64,000 nucleotides of DNA from Octopus vulgaris. Lineage: Eukaryota. The stretch lies in contig OX597817.1 in assembly GCA_951406725.2 (NCBI GenBank), positions 147,188,001-147,252,000 on the forward strand, read 5' to 3'. Shown piece by piece: positions 15,148-29,690 of the stretch. A model generated the notes under the pieces. That model saw nothing but the letters and a program-made list of their open reading frames with translations. It did not search any database and was not told the origin of the DNA. The translations under genes were made by a program, and so were the position numbers. The number at the start of each line of letters is the position of its first letter. Positions within the stretch are counted from its first letter, which is position 1.

Positions 15148-15553
15148 TGTATAGACACACACACGTACGATCACACATAGAGGCACAAAGTTATACTTAC
15201 ATACACACACAGGCACAGATCACACACATACACACACATCATACACACACGCACACACACACACACACATGCACACACACACACTAATAGCGTAGAAGTA
15301 TTGTGACCCAACAGGATTTTGGTGCTGGCAATTTGTTTACCTCTAACATATGCAAGAGTTGCATAGATAACACAAGGCAAATAATATATAATCACTAAAA
15401 ATGTTTTATTAGTATATATTATAACGTTGTCCCATAGGAAATTCAATAGAGATTCCAATAAAACGATCGCTTCTATACAATTCCAAAGTTTAACAACAAT
15501 AATTACTATACGATTATGAATTATTGAGTGTAGGGACTGGCGTAGGTAAATAC

Positions 15554-15778
15554 GTACTATATGTGGTTTCAAGGAAAGCCGACCCGAATTTATGTAACCT
15601 TAGTTTATTACATATATGTTCAGAGCTTTTTTCTTTAAGTTATTGCATACTTATATGCCGACAATACATTTGGTAAATAAAAGGTAAAACTATCTGAAAA
15701 AAAGGGAGCTGAATATATATGTAATAACCTAAACTTTCATAACTTCTGGTCGGCTTTCCTTCGAAACATTTGTAGTAC
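15554..15778. repeat. Decayed palindrome (~85-bp arms)
   Basis: GTACTATATGTGGTTTCAAGGAAAGCCGACCCGAATTTATG...TTATTACATATATGTTCAG versus CTGAATATATATGTAATAA...CATAACTTCTGGTCGGCTTTCCTTCGAAACATTTGTAGTAC. Confidence 0.7.
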
Positions 15779-16377
15779 TTCTTTAACTACTCCATTTTCT
15801 AGACCCAATAGTACATACACACAACTTGGCTCACACAGCTCCACGGCACTCATTAAATTTTAGTGACTGACGAGTTGCATAAGCTTCCTTTTGTAATTTG
15901 TAATTTTGATTTAAGCAGCTTAATGTATCTCGTTATATATGGTGATTGGGGATTGTTTGTCTAATCTAATACGTGTGGGTCTGTTGTGAATCTCTTGTTA
16001 CTTTCCGAACTTTCGATACATGAACCTTTAGTCACGTTCTTCTTCGATCTTCTATTTTTACTCTATCTATATTGTATATTTATTTATTCATTTTTTTTAA
16101 TCATTATTTCTTCACCCCCACTCACATCCCATAAATAATAGTTGTAGTCTTTCCTGGTCGGGCTTGGCTCTGAATGTCTGGAGACATTGCCTTCTATATA
16201 TAAACTGTCTCAAAAGTATATTTGAAATATCTATTTATAGTACAAGTCTATCACGATTAAATTCTTCATAAGTTGATGTGTTTAAACGTTATGGTAAAAA
16301 TATTTACTACTAATATAGATAAAATAAAATATAACGAAAACAATTAGTTATATATATACATATACATATACATATAC

Positions 16378-16423
<46 letters not shown>

Positions 16424-17179
16424 ACATGTATATGTATATATATTTGTATATATATATATGTATATGTGTATTTGTGTATGCGTGTGTGTGTGCATGTGAC
16501 TATTTTTGTTTTATAACATTATTAAAAGAAAAGATCTTACGTACAACCAGCAGCAAAGAGTAAAAAATACTATTAATAAATTCTATCTATGGTTAAAAAA
16601 AACAACAAGAATATTGCGAATGAATTATATAAACAAATAACTATACAAATAAGCGCAGGATGAGAAAGAAAAAAAATAGAGAGAACCGAATAAAGGCCGT
16701 TGTGTCAAAGGTTCAAGGGTCAACAATACTGTAGGCCCATGAGTCCGAGATGAAAATTCAGTAAAAATATTGTTTATCAGGAATTTGATGAAGTGTTTAC
16801 CACTAATCTTACGAACAGAGCGTCCGTATAAATCTACAGCATAAACTGAGGTCCTAGAGCTTACGCCTTGTTACTGTATGTACAATATTCAACAAGACGG
16901 CCAAATACATAGAAGAGGAAGAAGATGTGGTCTTTATATATAGCAACCAGAACGAACGCATTTATTAAAATGATGACAGTCCAATGACTGAAACTAGTAA
17001 AAGGATGACAGGATAATTTTATGCCGATTGAAATCAGGAAAAGTGCAATATTTTTGGTTGCATTCTCTTTCTTCCGGCCCCAAAACAAACGTAGCTCCGG
17101 AAAAGGTACAATTCGTGTCTATACCTGATCCGGAATATTATTGATAGATTTACATAAATAATCTCCTGAGTACTAACCA

Positions 17180-17248
<69 letters not shown>

Positions 17249-17251
17249 ACA

Positions 17252-17296
<45 letters not shown>

Positions 17297-17301
17297 GTGT
17301 G

Positions 17302-17386
<85 letters not shown>

Positions 17387-17390
17387 TTCT

Positions 17391-17432
<42 letters not shown>

Positions 17433-17793
17433 TGTCCTAACTTGATTCATGGGTTCCCCACCACAACCTTGTTCAGGCTTAGCAGCCCTTCCTGTTTGTT
17501 TTCACTCTCCTGTTTGTGTTACCTATTTTGACTCTCTGCAAAAATCCCAATCTTTATTCAATTTGCTTTGTGGGAGCAACTGTTTTATCGAAAGCGTATA
17601 TTGTTGATAAATGCTCGAAATACGAAACTAGAAAAACAGCCAGCAACTGGTGAAGTGTCGTTCTTTTTGTTGTTTGTTTTGTTTTCCATTTGTGTCTTTC
17701 GTTGTTCGAAAGAATAGTTCATGTTCCATGTACTCGTGCTTCGTACTTTTTTGTTGTACATGTTTCACAACGTCCTGTGCCTACGTATGCATA

Positions 17794-17846
<53 letters not shown>

Positions 17847-17936
17847 AATCCAAACGGGAAAACAGAAGAAACAACAACCCGTGGAACAATTACAGTATTA
17901 TTATTAATAGGCGCTCAGGAAAGATGGAAGCAGGAA

Positions 17937-17972
17937 GGTATGACGTTTCGAGCGGAGCTCTTCGTCGGAAAC
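17937..17972 (-). ncRNA. Minimal hammerhead-like motif (U4C variant) in a cassette at ~17840-18140
   Basis: Reverse complement reads GTTT-CCGACGA-A-GAGC(TCC)GCTC-GAAA-CGTC-ATAC. Flanks resemble 53788-54000. Confidence 0.55.
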
Positions 17973-19717
17973 ATAAAGAAGGAAGAGAGAGGAAAGAAAG
18001 ATCCCAAGGTGGGCAACAAGAGGGAGAAAAAAAAAACGACTGGTGTTTACGAAGTACACATGGTGAAAGGCGGAAGTTTACGATAACAAGAGCAAAGTAG
18101 GTTTTTAAAGCCAAAAGAGTGGAGACAGGGTTGGTAACGCAACAGATGTGTGTGTATGTGTGAGTATGTGCGTGTGCGTGTGTGTATGTGTGTGTGAGGC
18201 GAGATAAAAAAACAAAAAATATATGTATATGTTAGTGTGTGCGTCTGTGTGTAGGCGTGTGAGGTAGGGCGAACAGTAGTTGGCATAGCAGACAGTGGTC
18301 AGTAGTAAAAAAATGAAGGAAGGAGGAAGGGAGGGAGGGGAAGGGGTGGGGGCGTATGTAACGTGCCAGCGTGTGTGTTGAGTAGTAGTGTGTGTGTGTC
18401 CAGTGTCGTAACGTATAGATACATGTATATATACGTTGTATATAGGCATATATATATATATATATATTATTTGAATTATATTATATTATATTATATATAC
18501 ATACATATGCACGGATACATACATATATATTAATATAAACAGATAAGCGTGAGGAAAATGGAAAGAAAAAGGGTGGTATTCCATGCTAAAAAATAGATAT
18601 ACAATATATTTTATCGAGGCAAAATTTTTATGGTCTTTACTCGAGTTCTCGTTTCAGATTATATATTATTCTACATTCAAAGCTGTGCAAAAAAAGAGAT
18701 AACTTACTTGAAAAACAGATGAGGGATGTCGACTGGAAGGTCATTCATATGTAAACCAGTGCCTCAGCCATATATTCATCTCACCCCTGCTAGCATAGAA
18801 AAAGGACTTAAAATTTTAGTCCTTTATATGTGCGTTAAATTCCATAAAAAGATATTCATCAACTCAAAGATGTAGAATGTATGTGCTCGGAGTATCGCGC
18901 AATGGGATGGAACCCAGAACTTTTAAAACACAAATCTCGCATATCAAAGATATACTTAGCCAATAAATTCTAACCATATATCTTTTATCGTTTACTTCAG
19001 TGGTTCCGAAACTTTTTCGGGCTGTCGCCCCCTTGACACTCCAGCCACATTCCTAGCGCACCCCTTCACTCAACACCACAAATGTAGGCCCGAGGCTATA
19101 GTAGAATACACTTGCCCAAAGTGCCACGCAGTGGGAGTGAAGCCGGAACTATGTGGTTGGTAATCATGCTACTTACCACACACACAAAAAAAATCCTTCT
19201 ATCTCTTGATAAAGTATTTATTTGTTTTACGCATTTAGTTATTTTAAATATAGTTGGACATATTTTTTTTAGTCAAATTCGCCACGCCACTTTATATAAC
19301 AGCGTCGGCTAATTTGGCCAAGCGCAATTGCTGAGCCGCCACAAATGAAAAAGACAGGATGAATATTACCCAACTGTTCCAGAATCTAACTGCCATTGTA
19401 TTGTGTCGTTATTGATTTACTTCAGATAACAACATAAATTAACTTGTTATCTGTGGTTGTTTAATAATTCACATCACACGCACTTCTTTCCCGGATTAAT
19501 TCGCATTTTATAAACTGGCTCCATTACAAGTAACGAGAAAATATGCAATATCTTTTCGAAGATCGATAGGCATTTAATTTATCTTTCTTTACTGTGAAAT
19601 TAATTTTAATGATTGAATGCTTCTGTGTAAATATTTAAATATACAAATATATTGACTCGTACATATACATGTAGTAATTACTTGGTACTCTGTAATTCAT
19701 TCTATAAGGTTGCTCTA

Positions 19718-20143
19718 AGGCGGCGAGCGGGCAGAAACGCTAGTATGTTAGTCAAACTGCTTACCAATATTTCTTCTGTTTTTTTTTTTACGTATTTCGC
19801 TGAAATTCCGCTAAGGACGACTCGATCTTTTATCTTTTCAGGTTAGATAAAAATATGTACCAGTAATGCAGTAGGGTCGATTACACCAGATTGCTTTCTC
19901 CCTTAAAATTTGCTGGTCTTGTGCCAAATCTAGAATTACATAAGTTGCTATAAGGCGCTGAGCTGGCAGAATCGTTAGAGGTATCGGTCAAAATAGTTAA
20001 CCGAAATTCTTACGGCTCTACATTCTGAGTTCAAATTCCACTGTGATCGACTTTCACTTTCTATCATTCAAGTCGTCCATTTCACTGGGTTAATGAAATA
20101 GGCTCATCGCTCCCCTGAAATCAGCCTTATGTCAAAATTTGAA
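19718..20143 (+). mobile_element. Two adjacent decayed family B SINEs
   Basis: Heads AGGCGGCGAGCGGGCAGAAACG (19718) and AGGCGCTGAGCTGGCAGAATCG (19953). Confidence 0.75.
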
Positions 20144-20152
20144 GCCATTGTA

Positions 20153-20766
20153 CAGGGTGTTCAAAAAGTCTCCCAGCAGTGAATTCTTTTGATCCTGCGC
20201 ATGCGCAACTTGGCTGTCACTGCATGGGCGGCCGGATGTCAGCCATTGTTCCTCAGTCATTGTGTACCCCTCAGCGTGTCGACATGCTAACAATTGAAGG
20301 ATGTACGTTTTTAGTTGAATGGATATTTCGAGCTGCAAACAAATACACAGATACTGTGAAACAGAAGTTCAGTGAGACTTTTCCAAATACCGTTGTTTTT
20401 CATCGTGACACTGTACGGGATTTGAAATACAGGCTCAGTGGAAGACGCAGCAAGACGAGGTAGGGTCTACTGTTCTTTCACACGAAACACTCTCCAATAT
20501 TTCTGAAAAACTGTTTGCAAGACCGTCAAAATCCTTACGCAAATTGTCACAGGAAACGGAAATCAGCCTAGGAAGTGCTCACACGGCAGTAAAAAAGAAA
20601 TTAAATTTTATGTATTGAAAATGAAGGACGACACTTTCAACGCCTCTTATAAAGTTTTTTAAAAATCTTGTAAAGTCTAATATATTCTTTTGTATTCTTA
20701 TACCATCTTATAAATATTTATTTTGCAATAAAATAGTTACTGCGGTTAAACGTTTTGAACACCCTG
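20153..20766 (+). mobile_element. Internally deleted Tc1/mariner-superfamily DNA transposon
   Basis: TIRs CAGGGTGTTCAAAA...TTTTGAACACCCTG are flanked by TA on both sides. The internal remnant MLTIEGCTFLVEWIFRAANKYTDTVKQKFSETFP...TGSVEDAARRGR (frameshifted) resembles a transposase N-terminal HTH. Confidence 0.85.
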
Positions 20767-20784
20767 TACAAGGAAGATATGAAG

Positions 20785-20983
20785 CAGTGAGCTAGCAGAA
20801 TCGATAGGACGTCGGCCAAAAGGTTCAAAATACCTAGTACCCTTTCTTCTGGTTCTTCGTATTTTGAGTTCAAAATTGCCCCGAGGAAGATCAATAAAAT
20901 AAGTACCAGTTGAGCACTGGAGTCAATGTAATCGACTTACCTATTACCCCTAAACTTGCTTGCCTTTTTTCGAAAATTTGAAA
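20785..20983 (+). mobile_element. SINE family B, decayed
   Basis: GAGCTAGCAGAATCG...GAGTTCAAA...AAGTACCAG...GTAATCGACT. Confidence 0.7.
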
Positions 20984-22306
20984 GAAGTATGTAAAGTGGA
21001 ATAATAATCAGCCTTCAGTATATAAGTCTCCCACACTTGCACACCTCCACATGCCTACACACCCCTCAAGATGCCAAGCTCACTCCATACCACTCCTACA
21101 CACATCTCTCTATGCCATCTCTAGAGAAGGATACTCTCCTATACATGCAACCATTTCCCTTCCTAATTTCACGGTAGAACCATAATTACATCTGGCCCTT
21201 GACGTTTTTCTTTCTTTCTTTCTTTCTTTCTGCTTTTGTTTCCCAACACCGTTCCTACTTCATTTTTTCCCGTTTGTATATTTTTCTGATGAAGGACTAG
21301 TGCGCAAAACGCCAAAACTCTTCTGACTTTTAAGCGTTAAATTAACACAATATTTATGAAAAGTTGTTTCTATCTTCTTCTTCTTCTTCTTCTTCTTCTT
21401 CTTCTTCTTCTTCTTCTTCTCCCCCTCCCCTCCCCCTCCCCTCCTCCCTCCTTCTCCTCCTCCTCCTTCTTCATTTTCTCATGTAACCTAGTTACAACCT
21501 CTCACATGGCCTGGCCGTAGGTGACTAAAACGGCAACACTACTACGCCTGCTTGTTAAGGAGAGTGAATTTTGTTAGACATTTTGCAGGATGGTTTTGCA
21601 GGATGATAAACAACTTGTCACACAACATATAAATCCAGTGGAGTCAACGACCATCTAAAGGCTGGGAGTGTGGGTCCCCTAGTCTTCGTATAGATACCTT
21701 TCTCTACAAGGAAAACTCTGATGTAACACCTGTAAATTCTCTGAGCTGTAGTCCTGAGCCTAATGCAGTCCGGTATCTGAAATATCGTTTGGTGTTCACA
21801 GTTCCTATCAGTCATGCGTACTATAGAATGTTAGTGGTCAGCATGAACGGCGATGTACTTTGGAAGACCCTGGACAAATTAGTTGAAACCAGAGGACTTC
21901 GACTTTGGGAAAATCTTCAGAAATCTCTGGCTTGGAACTCGTAATACGAAATATAATCTGTTCGAATACGCTTTACCGAGGCAAGTTTAGCGTAGTTGCG
22001 CTTTTTTGAGATTCTTTATGTGTGACGGAACTGTTCTCAACACATTTGTTTAATATCTGAACATTGGTGACGGAAATGAACTTAGCGACAAGTTCAGCCA
22101 ACTGCTTTCTGTAGCAAGAAAGAGCACGCCGTTTACTTTGGTTTGACGGAAGATCTATGGTAGACGGAAGATCATGTTTAAAAGGTCTGACGAAGTCCAC
22201 ATCAACTTCTTCAATATCCACTTGAAACGTAAGGTGTGGTGAACAGAAACGTACTGCTCGAGTCGAATTTGATAAATGGACGCGATTAGCGACACAGGTA
22301 CGTGTA

Positions 22307-22780
22307 AGGCGGTGAGCTGGCAGAAACGTTAGCATGCCGGGCCAAATGCTTAGTCTGCCGCTACGTTCTGAGTTCAAATTCCGCCGAGGTCGACTTTGCC
22401 TTTCATCCTTTCGGGGTCGATTAAATAGGTACCAGTTACGCACTAGGGTCGATGTAATCGACTTAATCCGTTTGTCTGTCCTTGATTGTCTCCTCTGTGT
22501 TTAGCCCCTTGTAGGTAGTAAAGAAAAAAGTATTTCGTCTGCAGCTACGTTCTGAGTTGAAATTCTGCCGAGGTCGACTTTACCTTTCATCCTTTCGGGG
22601 TCGATTTAATAAGTACCAGTTACGCACTGAGGTCGATATAATCAACTTAATCCGTTTGTCTGTCCTTGTTTGTCCCCCCTTTGTGTGTAGCCCCTTGTGG
22701 GCAGTAAAGGAATAAGAAACGTTATATGCCGGACGAAGTACTTAGCGGTATTTCGTATGTGTTTACGTACTGAGTTCAAA
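22307..22780 (+). mobile_element. Family B SINE with internally tandem-duplicated ~178-bp body
   Basis: GCTACGTTCTGAGTT(C/G)AAATT...CGAGGTCGACTTT...CCCCTTGT repeats at ~22360 and ~22544, with a third partial unit after 22715. Confidence 0.85.
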
Positions 22781-22952
22781 CAGTTTTTAAATTCAGACTA
22801 GCGATTGCAGTGAAGAGAGAAACCAACTACAAAGAACGCAAGGTACTGAGCATCTTCAGTTGCCCTCATCCTTCATGAATGTAGGTTCCTAACATTGTGC
22901 TTGTCGCTGTTATTTCTACTGGTATAAATTTTAAATGCTTTTTTTTATGATA

Positions 22953-23351
22953 TCTTTATATATAAAAGTCAAGTTGTGTGTCTGTCTCTTATGATTTAGA
23001 TTCCTAACTACTCCCACATTTTGCGGTGCAGTTTAACCAAAACCGGGTACCTTATTGTCGTGATTCATATCGAGCCCTTCTGGGTATTAGCGCGCGTCTT
23101 CGATGAGTCTACGATTAAAAAAAAAATTTACCATCATTTTTTTCCATTTTAATGCATTTTTTTCGCTATTATATAAGGGAAGTAACTCTCTAAAAATGTC
23201 TACGATGAGTCAACAATTTAAAAAAAAATTTACCATAATTTTTTTCCCATTTTTAATGCATTTTTTTGCTATTTTTTGGCTATAACTCTCTAAAAATGCT
23301 TATATAGTTATTTCCCTTACAAACCCGAGCAACGCCGGGCGATACTGCTAG
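22953..23351 (+). mobile_element. Non-autonomous Helitron
   Basis: 5' A|TCTTTATATATAAAAG. 3' GC-rich hairpin CCCGAGCAACGCCGGG, then CTAG|T. No TSD. Internal ~100-bp duplication (23109-23200 / 23199-23300). Confidence 0.85.
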
Positions 23352-23699
23352 TTCTACCTATTTGCTTCGCCCCTCTTTTCAGTGTTTATTCACACCCCAG
23401 ACGTGTTCTAAATAAACTTGTTCATATGTTTTTTGTATGTACGTGTAAGGGGCTTCTAGCCAGTAAAGGACTTGGTCAGTATTATCCACGTGTTCATATA
23501 TTATGTATACTATACATGCTATATTTTTGTATACAATATTTTGAATATTATGCGTTTGATTTATTCCTATCTTTCTCCACACTATTGTTTCGCCCTTCGT
23601 CTTGTATCACGTAAACCCTAACTCAAAATGTGTAACCTGTCATTGTAATGTGCTCCTTATTCGACATTCCTGTTGAAAGTAAAAGCAATAACTGCTGCT

Positions 23700-23753
23700 G
23701 TTACTACAACTACTACTACTACTACAACCACCACCATCACCACCACCACCACC

Positions 23754-23812
<59 letters not shown>

Positions 23813-23833
23813 CACCACCACCACCACCACCAT

Positions 23834-23878
<45 letters not shown>

Positions 23879-23920
23879 CACTACCACCACCACCACCACC
23901 ACCACCATCACCACCACCAT

Positions 23921-23982
<62 letters not shown>

Positions 23983-24025
23983 CAGATGCTACTACACAAA
24001 CCACCACCATCACCACTACTTCTAC
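23700..24025. repeat. Alternating (TAC)n/(CAC)n trinucleotide tract
   Basis: Directly visible; source of the poly-T/H/Y/S/G/V ORFs. Confidence 0.95.
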
Positions 24026-24391
24026 TATAGAAAATATGCTTTACCGTGCTGCTTTATGTTTTTCAAAAAAAAAAATCATCTATAATTCAAACGCTTGTGC
24101 TCTGTGTCGAATGATGGAGGGTGGTGGTTGTGGTTGTGGTGGCGGCGGTGGTGGTGGTTTAAATGTAACCTGACGCTTATGTTACATTTTGTTGCACATA
24201 GACCGGAAGTCGATAGAGGTCGCGTGTGTGCCCATATATTTAACTGAAATAGTACACCCAACATGTCGTTGTTATAGGCGCATTCATATGTTTGACTGTA
24301 ATGTCAACGGCAGCACAATGCTTCGGTTTCCTCTCCCATCTCTTCTCATTAATAATTCTTTATGTCCTGCTTTTTCGCTCACTCTTCCTCT

Positions 24392-24438
<47 letters not shown>

Positions 24439-24549
24439 TGTATGTGTATGTATATATGTGTATATATATATATTTATATATATGTATGTGTTCACATATA
24501 TATATATATATATATATATATGTGCACACACACATATATGTGTATATTG

Positions 24550-24599
<50 letters not shown>

Positions 24600-24753
24600 T
24601 ATTGTATATATACATATATATTGTATATATATATATATATACATATATATGTATATATACATATATATACATACAAATATATATATATATGTCTGTGTAT
24701 ATATATATATATATACACATATATACCGTTGCGACACATACTTAAGAAATGAT

Positions 24754-24846
<93 letters not shown>

Positions 24847-25216
24847 GTATATATATATGTATATATGTATATATGTCTGCCCGCCTCCGTTTCTGTCATT
24901 CTTTCTCTCCCTTTCTCCGTTCGATTGCTCTATCATTCACTCCAGTTGTGTGCGTGCCTGTGCAAGCGCCTGTTGAGTCAGATACAACCGTTGCCCGCCA
25001 ACATAAAGCCGTGTCAATTTTCTATTAAATCATTCACTGACGTTTTGCTGTCAGATTATTCTATGTGCTGGCGTACACGGGTACCCACTTTTTCATCATT
25101 TACTCCAGCCTCCCATTTACTTACTCACTCCCCGAAACAGTTAAGCACCCACAGCCACCCACTTTACAACCCCACCAATACCCCATGCTACATGCGTATA
25201 AATGTATGTATATTCA

Positions 25217-25271
<55 letters not shown>

Positions 25272-25448
25272 ATTACATACACACACACATATATATATAT
25301 ATATCAGACGCACACGCAAATATATATATATATATATTATATATATGTATCTATATATTATATATATGTTGTATATATAACACACACACATATATATACA
25401 TACAATATATATATAATATATACAAATACATATATAATATACATTATA

Positions 25449-25523
<75 letters not shown>

Positions 25524-26127
25524 CGAGGGAGAAAGAGAGGGAGAGAGAAACATGTATATTTGTATATTTTCTGTTTGCAAGTGTTTATTATATTGTTTTA
25601 AAATATACAAATATATACTCTCGAACATATGCACAATTAATCGAGCACAATATACGCCCCCAAATGCACCGACTCCATTAACACCCTGAATACATCCATA
25701 AATATATAATGCGTCCGTGTGCGTGGTGTAAGTGCGTATGTATGCTTAAAATTTATGTATAAAGTATACATACAAATATCTATAAAATTTGGTGTGTGTG
25801 CTTTTTTTTTTCCATTGTGAGATATTTAAGTTGTTTTTCGCAGATTCCAAGCCGGTTCCTAACAATATGACAAAGCCTCTTTGTTAGTCAAGCAGTTCGA
25901 TGCTTTTGTGAATATATGAATTTAAGTGTGTTTGTATATATATATATATATACATATGTATATATATCCCAATCAAAATGGATGTCGGCCTCACAGTTAA
26001 AAAAGTGTCTCGTTCTCAATATTGAGCTGTACATTATTAGTAGATTTACTATGGTCGTATACCAAGATTATTTATTTTACCATCTCGTCCGTATTTACAC
26101 ATACTTTGATGAGGCAATTGAAGAACA

Positions 26128-26252
<125 letters not shown>

Positions 26253-26299
26253 TATATATATACACATATATATATATACACACACACTCACATACACGA

Positions 26300-26337
<38 letters not shown>

Positions 26338-26433
26338 TATTTAACATTAAACTAAAGGATTATTCAATATTTTTGAGGAGTATTTATTAAGTTTAAAACA
26401 AAATGTCTGAGTTCGACTTCGATTTACCCGCAA

Positions 26434-26477
26434 AGTGAGTCTGATGAAGGCAGGCTTATGAAAACGTGTAATTCACT
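26434..26477 (+). ncRNA. Hammerhead-like motif, partly decayed
   Basis: AGTGAGT-CTGATGA-AGGCAGGCTTAT-GAAA-ACGTGTA-ATTCACT. Seven-pair stem I and canonical core; stems II and III imperfect. Confidence 0.5.
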
Positions 26478-28199
26478 GTAAACGTTTTCCATATATATCC
26501 ATCTATGTATCATACTGAATGTAAATACAGTGTTGAGAATCACACCACGCCATTGTTTTTTATGTTGCACTGGTGGCGCAAAACTGCCTCTTTTTTTTTT
26601 CTTTACAGAAAAAGCCTTTTCTTAAATAATTAGTACTCAATGGAGTTTATGTTAAAATATTTTTTAAAAGACTGGATGAATGAAGAAACAATGAATAATT
26701 GTATGACAAAGTGTGGTCTAGGCGTCAAGTAGGTTATTGTAGAGACCTACATCGGGAGGAGTTCGGAGCTCATAGAGCTTGGCTCGTTAAAATGGTAGTT
26801 CGAAAACAGGTGCTTTAAGACGTTCATTTAATCAGCCACCCACCTGTAGGATGTAATTATCTCGTATAGACATTAAAAAAAAAAACGAATTGGAATGAAA
26901 CAAATATAATGCAACTTTTAAGTTTAAAAGTGGCATCAGTTGAGTTAACAATTCAGAATGTTAGCAGACTCCAACGGGACGAGTTGAATTTTTCACTTGG
27001 TAAGACTTACTGAAGAGAGTTAAGGCTTTTCGCCAAAACTCGAAATCATGATACAAGTATATCTAAATATCAAAATATATATTAAGCTATGATGGTATGT
27101 CACAATTTTTTTGTTCGTTTGTCCGGCAACTGTTGTTATCTAATGAATTTTTCAGTGACATTGGTGGTTATGCTGAGGTTTTTAACTCCACTTTCTAGTA
27201 GGCAGGCGCTTCGTGTGCGCTTATGATAAATTTCAATTTTAATTGTATAGCTATATAACGCTATTTAACGCCTGCTGCCACCTACATTATTGTCGTTGTT
27301 ATCAAATTATATTTACCACAGATAGTAATAACAATAATAATGACTTTATAAATATTCGTTTTTGAATATATAAAAAGTAAATAATGGTGATTCGGAATTC
27401 CAGTAATCGACGTAAGTAGTAAGAATGAGCCTTCCAGTTTTAGGGCCGCTGCTATACCTAGTTCTGACAATGATCTACGTTTTGCAAATGATGATTAAAT
27501 ATACCGTCCTTATAATTATATATATGTACATTTTAAATATATTATACTTCGCTGTTTTGCACTTCTAATAAATCCAACTTTATTCCCGTTGCTTGCTGTG
27601 TATTAATATTAGCAAAATATTTGCTACGTCTGCATATAAAAAATCACTCATATTTATTGCACTTTGCTGCAAGCTTTGCAGTATTTTTTACCGATAAATT
27701 GCATTTGCCTGCATGTATCAAAATTCATTAACACCAAATCGTGATATTTCTTTTCATCTAACGTAAATTTAATTTATATTCGTTCAAGGTTAGCGCGTGG
27801 ATACTATACACAATTTTGTACTGGATGCCAGTGTGTATGGAATTTACATGCATCAAGTCGTTTTCCCCTCAAAACCACTTTAAAAGCACTTTCATGAAAT
27901 GTATGGTGAGGTATAGGAAACCTGCTTTCATTTAAAAAAATAGAACCCTTGTAAATTAGAAAGATGTTTTATACGGAGGCGTGACTTGAACACTGGCATG
28001 TATATATACATACACGCATACATATGTACGATATATATTTAACAACGGCGACGACAACAACAACAATGATAGTAATTATATGAATGTAATATATGTATGT
28101 ATATAAAGATATGTATATATATTTATATATATATATGTATATATATTTATATATATATATGTATATATATATATATGTGCGCGTGTATATATATGTATG

Positions 28200-28232
<33 letters not shown>

Positions 28233-28233
<1 letters not shown>

Positions 28234-28410
28234 CGCCATGTTGGACCACTGAACTCGACACGTTTTTTTCTCATTCTTTCTATTTCCTCTTATTCCCTTC
28301 TTTCGATGAGTGTAGGATCGAAACCTTAAAGACTTTTGCACTTTTCGCGAACGTCAAACTAATACATTTGCTTGTTGTTTCTTCGTGTTTGTTTTCTTAT
28401 AAATTTGAAC
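28233..28410 (+). mobile_element. Decayed copy of the HHR cassette family seen at 53788-54000, between (TA)n tracts
   Basis: Starts CGCCATGTTG; contains GATGAGTGTAGGATCGAAACCTTAAAGAC and ACTAATACA, as in 53788-54000. Confidence 0.65.
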
Positions 28411-28524
28411 TATATATATATATATATATACTCAAAGTTATGTGGATGTTGACGCGTCCCATGCTGGGGCATCACCGTTAACTTTCACTATTTGAAACCA
28501 CACATACCACGCACACACGCACAC

Positions 28525-28558
<34 letters not shown>

Positions 28559-28870
28559 ACACACACACACATTCTCTCTCACACATGTACATATATATGT
28601 ATACATATACATTCTTTATTAAATGTACATATATGTCTAAGTTTTATACTCGTCATTTTAGATTTCTCATATTTTCTCACTAGCTTTTTACAGTTGCTTC
28701 GAAACAGTAGAATTCCTAAATCCATGTCCAAGTTTTCTAGGCAATTTCACATCTCATTCTCAAGAATGAAATTGACTATATTTGATGTGCGATTTGCTGT
28801 TTATACACTGATTAAGTTCGTAAGGACTTTCCTGCCAACGACTTTATAGCCGTTATCATTGTTCATCAGC

Positions 28871-29184
28871 GGAGGTGCAATGGCCCAGTGGTTAGGAGAG
28901 CAGACTCGCAGTCAGAGGATCACGGTCTCATTCCCAGACCGGTCATTGTGTGTGTTTATTGAGCAAAAACACCTAAAGCTCCTCGAGGCTCCGGCAGGGG
29001 GTGGGGTGGCGACCCTTGTACTTTTTCGCCCCAACTTTCTCTCACTCTCTCTTCTTGTTTCTTGGGTAACGATGCAATGGACTGGCGGCCCGTCAAGCTG
29101 GGGGGGGGGGGGGAACATACGTACAGAAACGGGAAACGGGGCCCATGAGCCTGGCTAGGCTGGAAAAGGGGGCATCAACAAAAA
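28871..29184 (+). mobile_element. tRNA-derived SINE, family C, with 16-bp target-site duplication
   Basis: tRNA-like head GGAGGTGCAATGGCCCAGTGGTTAGG and an A-rich tail. ATCATTGTTCATCAGC is duplicated at 28855-28870 and 29185-29200. Confidence 0.85.
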
Positions 29185-29309
29185 ATCATTGTTCATCAGC
29201 ACCACTTGTTGATTTGCATGTCACGATTAAAATATGACTGTTAGGTTGTATAATTTTGCATATCAGTACCCAGCTGTTAATTTTGTTTGTTTGCATGTCG
29301 ACGTGGGAT

Positions 29310-29458
29310 TTTGGTGGCAAGTAGATTACTTACGAACCACATGGTTCCGGGTTCAGTTCCACTGTGTGGCACCTTGGGCAAGTGTCTTCTACTATAGCCT
29401 CAGGCCGACCAAAGCCTTATGAGTGGATCTGGTAGACGGAAACGGAAAGAAGCCTGTC

Positions 29459-29516
<58 letters not shown>

Positions 29517-29690
29517 ATTTGTTTGAGTGTTTATGTTTGTCCCCCTGGAACGTTTACGTCCTCGAAACCTAGCGGTTCGGCAAAGGGGTTCGATAGAATA
29601 AGTCCTGGGGGTAGATTTGCTCGATTAAAGGCGGTGCTCCAGCATGGCCACAGTCAAATGTCTGAAACAAGTAAAAGGGTAAAGAGAGAT
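29310..29690 (+). mobile_element. SINE family A
   Basis: Matches 930-1320. Confidence 0.85.

Noticed and set aside
21973-22443. 156-aa minus-strand ORF
   Set aside because: The N-terminus is an antisense SINE. The remaining ~110 codons match no motif I recognise; tBLASTn would be needed.
23640-24173. Poly-T/H/Y/S/G/V ORFs (mucin-like appearance)
   Set aside because: A trinucleotide tract open in several frames on both strands, with no flanking coding signal.
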